From Verrucomicrobiales bacterium (GTDB taxonomy: Bacteria > Verrucomicrobiota > Verrucomicrobiia > Verrucomicrobiales > V1-33), in assembly GCA_031411295.1 (NCBI GenBank), contig JANOAV010000104.1:1-48414 (forward strand): a DNA stretch of 48,414 nt, in the 5' to 3' direction. This document shows, piece by piece, positions 28,001 through 34,895 of the stretch. The notes under the pieces were generated by a model, which did no database searches, was not told where the DNA came from, and saw nothing but the letters and a program-made list of their open reading frames with translations. The translations under genes and the position numbers were made by a program. The stretch's first letter is position 1, and every line of letters starts with the position of its first letter.

Positions 28001-28166
28001 CACCCCTGCCAGTGCGATGCGCGCCTTGGAGAAATTCGGCCCTGCGGCCACCACCAAGACTGAGCGAAAGGAAACCAAACTGTGGGATAATTGGATTATC
28101 CTCGCTGGCTTCCTGGGAATGATAACAAGCGAGTGGATTGCTCGCAGAAGCGGAGGGCTGATATGA
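25047..28166 (+). CDS. vWA-domain membrane protein: TMs, vWA with helical insert, Ig, GATase-like, Ig, C-terminal TM
   Basis: VLVDDSGSM, RTDLTSAL and LLSD; PRWEFRYLRN; FDVIILGD; YG.GKV...TWRFR...HHRFWGQLLRW; LWD...EW..RR..GL. ATG 25047 follows the previous stop by 7 nt. Confidence 0.88.
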   Translation: MPDSNPLRPDLLGSEIATPVLWLLAAFLLVAWFVSHRFKDRLTTKLLQLGYLAGRIILGMVALWALYQAVSRSLVLESNWPLWGNAFIGAVAIEFAMVVYQLEKKLITPRLGKFLLAVRVVSIATILTILIQPVFARDTNRQIERKVVVLVDDSGSMGIADPQMTVAEKMSLANFYGLAALKDRPQLEPKFTAFETSVTALDKTLGTLTLPEGFGAEAEMALLTEKKDPISAAIKELQANAEALTKAVQEAQNLPEDAKQVAAEIERNLREGFKDRLTDAAQRLEQKKLNDLQSSLKQAREIGSRVTSRSPFLTDAVDQVFYQKVSPEARKEIDDLALKTRAKLAAETMERPRADGGNKSLTSLLQEKYGVQLVRFGKKSSEVADFAFPASGEDQEFRLRTDLTSALTKISETYPPENLAGVLLLSDCRHNTDTPTNDIVRKIGTGGSPIVPVLIGSAKGSKDASILAVNGPQAIYEGDRIRTKVDLKADGLRGQKLKVRLLQDGNEVATQEVSVPEDSYRTTIRLVYQPKVAGIFSHKVVIDPIEGELFKNNNEWGFQTAVSEDRTAVLMVDDRPRWEFRYLRNLFDSRDKSVHLQYVLLHPDDVEGATHEPKVASAGAKFGDSEATAMPEKLEDWKKFDVIILGDIPPASLGADKWKIISECVSQRGAMLVMIAGPNSMPHAYTNEVFKELCPVLYEATTASMQAPPEPAYRLMLTAEGRQHLMFQQSKSTLETNRIWESMPLLRWRHTITGVKPTASVLAYAQPAKLDAGDNEIPQSSVTASLDPAALSKQKASEAKNALVVTSQYGSGKVAMMNFDHTWRFRYGVGDTYHHRFWGQLLRWGAGDNLRAGTELVRLGTDNLTYEPGEKISIVNKTIEQDYRPVTEATTTATVYRGTEKVAQKKLTFQADSPGIYEGFLDSLTEPGDYSLELSGSDVERLAAGTAIKTKFTIASAVNPVEFGDLTTNSELANRLAADTNGVVLTPASAMRALEKFGPAATTKTERKETKLWDNWIILAGFLGMITSEWIARRSGGLI

Positions 28167-28181
28167 AACGTGGCAAGAAAC

Positions 28182-28320
28182 GTGGCACGGGCGTCCCGCC
28201 CGTAAGCCAGGAACATGAGGCCGATGCGATTGCCACGCGCGGACTAATGCATTATTTTTCGATCGAAAGATCAGACAACCCGGCAACGTTATCGGCTGAT
28301 GGGCGGGACGCCCATGCCAC
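28182..28320. repeat. REPIN-like element: inverted pair of GTGG-class REP units
   Basis: GTGGCACGGGCGTCCCGCCCGT (28182-28203) versus the reverse complement of 28299-28320, GTGGCATGGGCGTCCCGCCCAT: 20/22 identical, the two differences being compensatory; preceded by a 12-nt-period duplication of GAAACGTGGCA. Confidence 0.82.
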
Positions 28321-28329
28321 CACAATTTT

Positions 28330-29136
28330 ATGAATAAGATTCCACCAGAAATCGCAGCCAGTCTGCGTCGGGTCATTTCCCGCGTGCGACGCATTCAATT
28401 ACTCAAAGGTGCACTCGCCACGGCAGCGGCATTGTTGTTTTCCATCATGGGCGTGATGATTCTCGACTGGGCGTTCAATATCCAGCTGCCAGCCATCCGA
28501 TGGGCGCTGAGCATTACGGGACTGCTCATTACCCTGGCCACGGCCTGGCGCTATTTGCTGCGACCGCTAACGCGAAAGATCGGCCTGACCACGGTGGCAC
28601 GATGGATTGAAAATCACCACCCGGAAATGCAGGAACGCATTTCCACAGCCGTGGAACTCGCTGGCAAGGGCGATGCCGGTTCGCAGGGATTGATCGATGA
28701 AGTGATCAAGGAAGCGGTGATTGATGCCGGGAAGCTGGATCCGAAATCGGAGTTGAGCACCAGCGCGGCGCGCACCCCGAAGTGGACTGCGATCACTGCC
28801 GTGGGCTTGCTGGGGGCCATGTTTGCCTGCTTCCCAAAGATTGCGCCCATCCTGTTTGCCCGCGCGGTGGCTCCGTATGCCAATCTGGGAAATGCTTACG
28901 CCAACAGTATTCGCTTTATCACCCCGGACCACCAAGTCGTGACGGCAGGCGATTCATTTAACATCGAGGCAGGGTATGAGGCGAGTCGCGAGAAACGCGC
29001 GGTAATAATCCTAACCTACCCTGACGGCACCGAAGTCCGTGAACAAATGACCGAAGATCCTGGCGTGGCCGGCCTCAAGCCGGACGAACGTCCACTCAGC
29101 TTCCGTCTTCCCACTCTGCCTGAAACCAACCCTTAA
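28330..29136 (+). CDS. DUF4175-like protein, N-terminal half (3 TM plus an incomplete Ig-like domain)
   Basis: LRRV..RVRR, ILDW...R, ARWIE..HPE.QER.STAVEL motif typical of this family's N-terminus; ends SFRLPTLPETNP-TAA. Confidence 0.75.
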   Translation: MNKIPPEIAASLRRVISRVRRIQLLKGALATAAALLFSIMGVMILDWAFNIQLPAIRWALSITGLLITLATAWRYLLRPLTRKIGLTTVARWIENHHPEMQERISTAVELAGKGDAGSQGLIDEVIKEAVIDAGKLDPKSELSTSAARTPKWTAITAVGLLGAMFACFPKIAPILFARAVAPYANLGNAYANSIRFITPDHQVVTAGDSFNIEAGYEASREKRAVIILTYPDGTEVREQMTEDPGVAGLKPDERPLSFRLPTLPETNP

Positions 29137-29148
29137 ATCCTGACGCTT

Positions 29149-32100
29149 ATGAAAATGAATTTTGATGATAGCAATAAAGGAGTTGGGGCGGCTCGCCCCA
29201 ACGGAATGATGAATATTGTAGGCAGGGGCGGGCCGCCCCTGCTCCTTTGTTTGGCGTTGGCTTCCTGTGAACAGAAGGTGGCGGAATCAGCCACCAAGGG
29301 TGATTCTGGCGCCCCTAAGATTGACTGGAATGCTCCCGTGCCCATCAGTTATCGCATTCAAGTGGGCGATGCCATTTCCACTCCGCAAACGGTTACCGTA
29401 GTGACTCGTCCGCGTTTGGTCGATGGATTTCAAATCACTTACGTTTATCCCAGCTATCTCGGCAAGCCGGACAAAACCGAGCAAACTTATGGCGAAATTG
29501 TGGCTCCAGCAGGCACCACCGTGAAACTCAAGGGACAAGTGAATCGGACCATCGCCAAAGGTGGCGTGACGATTGATAATGAACCACTGGTCGATGCTAA
29601 ATTAGTGACGGAAGCGGGCAAGACGTTCCTAACCTGGGAAACGACATTGAGGCCAGAGCAAGATTCCACCTGGCAATATCAGTTGGAAGACAGCTTGGGC
29701 GTGAAGAGTATTCCGCTGGAAAGTCGCATCCATGCCACTACTGATCTACCGCCGACCATCACGCTGGAAACCCCGGTGGAAAAGGAATTGGAAGTGCGAC
29801 CCACCGATTCGTTGCCGATGACTTATACCGCACATGAAGATTTTGGCATTGCCAGCGTGACGTTGAAAGCAAAACTCAACGGCCCGACCAAGGACGCCAG
29901 CTTCGTGCAGGCGTTGCCGACGCCTTCGGCGGATGATCCGACGAATTATGCCGGTCAAGTGATGCTGAAGATTTCCGACCTCCCGCTGCGGGGAGCGCAG
30001 GAAGTGAAACTACATTTAGAAGTGGCCGACACCCTGCCTGCCAACCTCAAAGGCCCACAGACGGGCAAGAGTCGTGAGTTAATTCTCCGGATTCGCAATG
30101 ACGCCCGGAGCCTGCTGGAGCAAACCGTGGCAGCGCAAGCCGAGGAATTGAAGCAGGACATCGAAAAGGTAAAGCAGGAGTTGGCCGAAGCCAAATCGCG
30201 CATCCAAAGCAAGGCCGGAGAGTTGGCGGCTCAGGATCAGATCCAGCCGGAGACGCAGAAGCAGATTGAGGAATCCGCGCAGATTGCCAATGACGCGGCC
30301 AAACATCTGGAAGAGTTGGCGGAGAAAATGGACAAAACTGCCTATGCGCGGCAGGCAGAGGACTATCGGAAGTTGGCGGAAGACTTGGTCAAGCCAGCCG
30401 CCCAAGCGGAAGAAAACATTCCGCTGACAGACGACCGCAAGAAGCGGGCGGAGTTGGCCAACGAAGCCACCCAGAAGCTGGATCAAGCGTTGCAGCAGTT
30501 GAACAACGAACAGAATCAGTTGGCTCAGGAAAAGGAACATGCCAAACAAGTGGCCGAACTTGGATCGTTAGCCGAACAACAAAAGCAATTAGCCGAGCAA
30601 GCGGAAGCGACCAAGAAGCAAGCGGCGGAACAAGCCGCCGAACAGGCACGGGCCCTGGCGGAGAAGGCGAAAGATCTGGCCGCCGAACAAAAGCAAGTGG
30701 CGGAGAATGCCGCCAAGGCGGAAACGCCCCAAGCACTGCAGGAACAAGCCAAGGCCGAGGAGAAGGTGGCTCAGGCTGCGCAAAAATTGCAGGAAGAGGC
30801 GAAGAAATTTGCCCAGGACAATGCCAATCAACTGGCGCAAAACGCAGCGGATCAGCAACGCGTGGAGCAAGCGCAGCAGGACATTGCCGAAGCGCAGACG
30901 GACGCGCAACAGGCGCAGCAGCAGGCTCAAGCGGCCGCACAGCAAAACCAACAACCGCCCCAGCCAGCGGCCAGAGCCACCCAGGAACAAGCCAAACCTG
31001 CCGCAGAGCAGGCGCAGAAATTAGCGGACAAGGCGCAATCCCTAGCCGATAAGCAAAAGGCCCAAGCGGAACAAACCGCCCAAGCCAAAACCCCGGAAGC
31101 CGCCCAGCAGGCCGCGCAGGCACAACAACAGTTGGCCCAGGAAGCACAGCAGTTGGCCCAGGAGACGCAAAATTTACAGAACCAACAAGCGGCGGCCGTG
31201 AATGCTGATCAGGCCAACAAACAGTTGGCGGAGCAAGCGGCCCAAAATGCCCAGGACGCGCAGAAGGAAGCGCAACAAGCCAGCCAGCAGGCTCAAACGG
31301 CGGCACAGCAGGATCAGCAAACGCCCAACAAAGGCAATGATGACGCTCAAGCCAGCAGCCAGGAAGCGAAGGCAGCCCAGCAAGATTTGCAGGCCGCAGC
31401 GGATGATTTGAAGCAACTGGCGCAAAATTTAGCGAAAGATGCGGCCACGGCACCGGAGGCAACGCCCGTGGCTCAAGGCAAGGACGAAGCCAAGGCAAGT
31501 CAGCAGGAAGCGCAAAACTCCGCTCAGGAATTGGCCCAGGCCGCCCAGAATTTGGATCAACTGGCGAACAATTTGGCCGCCGAGGCTGGATTGGCAGATC
31601 AGTTGGCAGGGAAGCCGGCCATGACGCCGCAGGAACAGCAAGCCGCTCAACAGGCGCAGCAACAATGGCAGCAGCAGCAAAACCAAGTCGCGCAGCAGGC
31701 CCAACAGTTGGCTCAGCAGTTGAGTCAACAGAACAACCAAGGGCAACAGGAGGCATTGAAACAAGCCGCGCAACAAGCCGGAAAACTAGCCGAGCAAGCG
31801 GAGGCACTCGCGAAACAACAGGATGCGCTGGCTGACCAAGTGGCCGCCGCCAGCACCCCGGAGGCCAAGCAATCGTTGGCCCAGCAGGAAGCGCAACTCA
31901 GTCAGAAGGCGACGGATTTACAGAAGCAGGCGAATGACTTGAATAACAATTCGGCCAATCAGATCGATCAAAGTGCGGCCGCACAGGTAGCGGCCAACGA
32001 GGCTGGTCAGGAGCTGGGCCAGGGTGCGCAGGAAGCCGCGCAGGCAGGGCAGCAGTTAGGACAAGCAGCCCCGGCCGAGGGACAACCTTCCGCCGGACAA

Positions 32101-32658
32101 GCTGCGGAAGCGTCACAGCAATCGCTGGCGGATGCCGCGTCGGCTCTGAATCAGCTCAGTGCTGCGCTGACCGCCGAAGCAGCGTCGCTCGCGCAGGAAG
32201 CGCAAGCGTTACAGCAAGGGAGTCAGCAAGCGCAGGCCGCCGCCCAGCAGGGCAGCCAGGCGCAGGCACCGAACACCACCCCCAGCAGTGCGAACGCGGC
32301 CCAGAGTGCGCAGCAGGCGGCTCAATCGCTGGCGCAAGCGGCCTCCGCGGCACAACAAAGCATGGGCTTGCCGAGCCTAAGCAGCATGACCGCCCAAAGC
32401 CAACCGGGTCAGCCAAAACCAGGCCAGAAAGGAAAACCAGGGCCCGACGGACAACAGCCACAAGCCGAGCCGCAACAGGATCAACCAAGCCAGGGCTTGC
32501 CAGCGGAGTTGGCCAAACTAGGACTAACAAAAGAGGACTGGGCGAAGTTGCGCGGGGTCATTTCCGGAGCGCAAAGTGGCGAGGGGGATCGAGTGCCAGC
32601 AGAGTATCGGGAGTTGGTGCGGGGCTACTTCCAAGCGTTATCCCGGGAGGCGAAATGA
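29149..32658 (+). CDS. DUF4175-like protein, C-terminal half, with lipoprotein signal: Ig domains plus a very long Gln/Ala coiled coil
   Basis: Lipobox LASC at 29257-29268; Y.YPSY.G, D.PPTI..., A.EDFGI motifs; Q/A-rich helical region; terminal VPAEYRELVRGYFQAL; start either 29149 or 29206/29209. Confidence 0.8.
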   Translation: MKMNFDDSNKGVGAARPNGMMNIVGRGGPPLLLCLALASCEQKVAESATKGDSGAPKIDWNAPVPISYRIQVGDAISTPQTVTVVTRPRLVDGFQITYVYPSYLGKPDKTEQTYGEIVAPAGTTVKLKGQVNRTIAKGGVTIDNEPLVDAKLVTEAGKTFLTWETTLRPEQDSTWQYQLEDSLGVKSIPLESRIHATTDLPPTITLETPVEKELEVRPTDSLPMTYTAHEDFGIASVTLKAKLNGPTKDASFVQALPTPSADDPTNYAGQVMLKISDLPLRGAQEVKLHLEVADTLPANLKGPQTGKSRELILRIRNDARSLLEQTVAAQAEELKQDIEKVKQELAEAKSRIQSKAGELAAQDQIQPETQKQIEESAQIANDAAKHLEELAEKMDKTAYARQAEDYRKLAEDLVKPAAQAEENIPLTDDRKKRAELANEATQKLDQALQQLNNEQNQLAQEKEHAKQVAELGSLAEQQKQLAEQAEATKKQAAEQAAEQARALAEKAKDLAAEQKQVAENAAKAETPQALQEQAKAEEKVAQAAQKLQEEAKKFAQDNANQLAQNAADQQRVEQAQQDIAEAQTDAQQAQQQAQAAAQQNQQPPQPAARATQEQAKPAAEQAQKLADKAQSLADKQKAQAEQTAQAKTPEAAQQAAQAQQQLAQEAQQLAQETQNLQNQQAAAVNADQANKQLAEQAAQNAQDAQKEAQQASQQAQTAAQQDQQTPNKGNDDAQASSQEAKAAQQDLQAAADDLKQLAQNLAKDAATAPEATPVAQGKDEAKASQQEAQNSAQELAQAAQNLDQLANNLAAEAGLADQLAGKPAMTPQEQQAAQQAQQQWQQQQNQVAQQAQQLAQQLSQQNNQGQQEALKQAAQQAGKLAEQAEALAKQQDALADQVAAASTPEAKQSLAQQEAQLSQKATDLQKQANDLNNNSANQIDQSAAAQVAANEAGQELGQGAQEAAQAGQQLGQAAPAEGQPSAGQAAEASQQSLADAASALNQLSAALTAEAASLAQEAQALQQGSQQAQAAAQQGSQAQAPNTTPSSANAAQSAQQAAQSLAQAASAAQQSMGLPSLSSMTAQSQPGQPKPGQKGKPGPDGQQPQAEPQQDQPSQGLPAELAKLGLTKEDWAKLRGVISGAQSGEGDRVPAEYRELVRGYFQALSREAK
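29176..29248. repeat. REPIN-like inverted pair (GGAG-class) at or inside the 5' coding region of the DUF4175-like C-half
   Basis: AAAGGAGTTGGGGCGGCTCGCCCCA versus the reverse complement of the right arm, AAAGGAGCAGGGGCGGCCCGCCCCT: 21/25 identical; each arm is a perfect 9-bp hairpin (29182-29202 and 29222-29242). Confidence 0.78.
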
Positions 32659-32678
32659 GGGCACTGGATAGCCAGAGT

Positions 32679-32761
32679 GTGGAAGGCGAGGTAACGAGAC
32701 CGGGAACGGGATGCACGGGAATTGCTTGGCGTGCTGCTGGTCTCCTAACGTCGCCCTCCAC
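32679..32761. repeat. REPIN-like element: inverted pair of GTGG-class units with a GA-S-GTWA-S-GA core
   Basis: GTGGAAGGCGAGGTAACGAGACC (32679-32701) versus the reverse complement of 32739-32761, GTGGAGGGCGACGTTAGGAGACC: 19/23 identical, including a compensatory G-C/C-G swap. Confidence 0.72.
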
Positions 32762-32775
32762 TTAACCAATAATTT

Positions 32776-33840
32776 ATGAAAATGAAATTTACCCATTCGA
32801 TGAAATTGCTGCTGGGGGTGCTGCTAGTGGCGACGCCAGCACAGGCCCAAGACGCGGGCGATGTGTTCCAGAAATACGAACCGGATGTTAAGAAGGCCGT
32901 GAATCGGGGGCTGGATTTTCTGTTGGGACAGGAGCAGGCGGATGGCACATTTCCGGAGGCGCATGGTCGGTCCACGGGGATTTCCAGCCTGGTGGGCATG
33001 GCGTTGCTGAGCACGGGTGCCACGCCTGGAAATGGTCGCTATGGGGAGGCGATTAATCGTCGGATTGACTACGCTTTAGCACATGTGGACAAGGATGGCG
33101 TGATTTCGTGTGGCGATCATGGCAATGGTCCGATGTATGCCCATAACATTTCTGCTTTGTTTCTTAGTGAATGCTCCGGCATGGTAGATGCGGAGCGGCA
33201 GAAGAAGATTGATACCCAACTCGGCAAGGCGATTAAAGTGCTGCTGAGTGCGCAGGCGGTGAAAAAGGATTCGCGGAATCAGGGTGGCTGGCGGTATCAA
33301 CCCAACAGCAACGACAGCGACATGTCCTGCTCCGGCTGGGCTCTGATGGCGTTGCGCAGCGCGAGACTGAATGGTGCGGCGGTGCCAAGTTCGGCCATTG
33401 AAGCCGCGGTAAAGTATGTCAAAGCAATGCAGGAACCCACGGCTGGCCACGTGGGTTACACTTCGCCCAATGAGCACAAGGAAAGCCTAACCGGAGCTGG
33501 TTTGCTGTGTCTGGAGCTGTGCGGCAAACACGCCGCACCTGAATCCATCAAGGCGGCGGACTGGATCCTGGCAAATCACACGAAACTGCCCAAAGCGGAA
33601 TTTGAATTCTACGGTAACTACTACAACGCGCAAGGAATGTTTCAGTTAGGCGGAAAGTATTGGAAAACGTATGCCGACTGGATGTATTCCTTCTACCTGC
33701 CGCAGCAGAAGCCTGACGGTTGCTGGGAAGGAGAGCGCTTCGGCAAGACTTACAGCACTAGCGTGATGGTGCTGGCAATGACGGTGCCTTTCCGCCAACT
33801 GCCAATTTATCAACGGGATGAACGGGTCGATGAGGAGTAG
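32776..33840 (+). CDS. Secreted prenyltransferase/squalene-oxidase-repeat (alpha/alpha toroid) protein
   Basis: Signal peptide ending AQA; QW-like repeats Q.ADGTF, QGGWRY and Q.PDGCW; SDMSCSGWALMAL; C-terminal LPIYQR. Confidence 0.85.
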   Translation: MKMKFTHSMKLLLGVLLVATPAQAQDAGDVFQKYEPDVKKAVNRGLDFLLGQEQADGTFPEAHGRSTGISSLVGMALLSTGATPGNGRYGEAINRRIDYALAHVDKDGVISCGDHGNGPMYAHNISALFLSECSGMVDAERQKKIDTQLGKAIKVLLSAQAVKKDSRNQGGWRYQPNSNDSDMSCSGWALMALRSARLNGAAVPSSAIEAAVKYVKAMQEPTAGHVGYTSPNEHKESLTGAGLLCLELCGKHAAPESIKAADWILANHTKLPKAEFEFYGNYYNAQGMFQLGGKYWKTYADWMYSFYLPQQKPDGCWEGERFGKTYSTSVMVLAMTVPFRQLPIYQRDERVDEE

Positions 33841-33860
33841 GGGCATCGTCCCCCACCCTG

Positions 33861-34886
33861 TCATTTCAGTGCCGTGAGGACTCCGCGAGCGGCTGCGGTG
33901 TCCTGATACTGGAAGGTGTGGAAGCCGCACGCGCTGGCCCAAGTTTCGATTTCCCGGGTGCTGTAACAGCGACCTTGGGTGGCGTGCATGAGCATGACGG
34001 AATAGTCGGCTACATGTTGCGGACCGGATTTGTCGGCATGGAGAAACGCATCATGCACCACGAGCATCCCACCTTTGGGTAAAGCCTGATAGGATGCCTG
34101 GAGCAGCTGCTGGACTTCAGGAATGGCCCAATCATGGAGCACATTGGAGAACAAATGGATGTCGGCGTGAGTCGGCAGTGGATCCGCCATCATGTCAGCC
34201 GCATGAACGCTGACGCGGTCGGTGTAGCCGCGTTTGGCAATGGCCTTGGCGGCAATGCGATCCACGGGAGGCTTCTCCAAAACGGTGGCACGCAGGTGAG
34301 GGTGATGGGCCACGAACGAGCAGGCGTAGATGGCTGAGCCCGCTGCGATATCCAGTAGATGATGGTGCTGGCTGAAATCAAGTTTCTTGGCGGCAGCTTG
34401 GGCCAGAAAGATGCCGCGGCAATCCATGGCGGAGGTGAACTGTTCGGCAAACGCATCCGTTTCCATCGACTTGTGCCAGTCGTTGAGATCCTGCACGCTG
34501 CCCCAATTGGCGGGTTTGTCAGTCTTGAGCACTTGCAGAATGTCCTTGGTGACAGGACGATCTTTCAAGGAGGCATAATACGGGGCCAGGTTCCACGGTG
34601 ATCCAGCCACAAGATGTTCCCGCGCCTCTGCGGTGAGTTGGAAGTGGCCGCCCTCGACGATCAGTAAGCCACGGGCGCGGAAGCACGTGAGCATGACATC
34701 GGTGGGACGGGGCATGGTCTGGAAATGAGCGCAGACTTCACCCTCGGTGGCGGGACCGTGGTTGTCTAACCAAGTGAAAAAATCCAGCCAAACCAATCCA
34801 GCTACCAGCATGTCATCGCCATAGAGGCAATCACGGTAACGAAGCAGCGTAGTGGGATCGGTGGCGGGGGCGTTAGTTAGGTCCAT
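33861..34886 (-). CDS. O-methyltransferase (Methyltransf_2 type with dimerisation domain)
   Basis: LLDIAAGSAIY, ATVLE.P.V, HAADM..DPLP, SNVLHDW, L.KGG and GRCYS..E motifs. Confidence 0.87.
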   Translation of the reverse strand: MDLTNAPATDPTTLLRYRDCLYGDDMLVAGLVWLDFFTWLDNHGPATEGEVCAHFQTMPRPTDVMLTCFRARGLLIVEGGHFQLTAEAREHLVAGSPWNLAPYYASLKDRPVTKDILQVLKTDKPANWGSVQDLNDWHKSMETDAFAEQFTSAMDCRGIFLAQAAAKKLDFSQHHHLLDIAAGSAIYACSFVAHHPHLRATVLEKPPVDRIAAKAIAKRGYTDRVSVHAADMMADPLPTHADIHLFSNVLHDWAIPEVQQLLQASYQALPKGGMLVVHDAFLHADKSGPQHVADYSVMLMHATQGRCYSTREIETWASACGFHTFQYQDTAAARGVLTALK

Positions 34887-34895
34887 CCGACATCT

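Noticed and set aside
29134..29136. Stop-codon read-through, selenocysteine/pyrrolysine recoding or pseudogene explanation for the in-frame stop
   Set aside because: The codon is TAA, not TGA or TAG, and the following segment encodes a start and lipobox, which favours two proteins; not fully excluded without reads or proteomics
29120..29340. Self-splicing intron or intein as the inserted segment
   Set aside because: About 215 nt with no group I/II core features or intein terminal residues visible
30389..31807. 472-aa minus-strand ORF
   Set aside because: Antisense to the low-complexity Gln/Ala region, where stops are depleted; Pro/Ala/Leu-rich with no motifs
17178..32761. CRISPR array interpretation of the palindromic repeats
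   Set aside because: The repeats are inverted pairs of different sequence, not direct repeats with regular spacers; no cas genes
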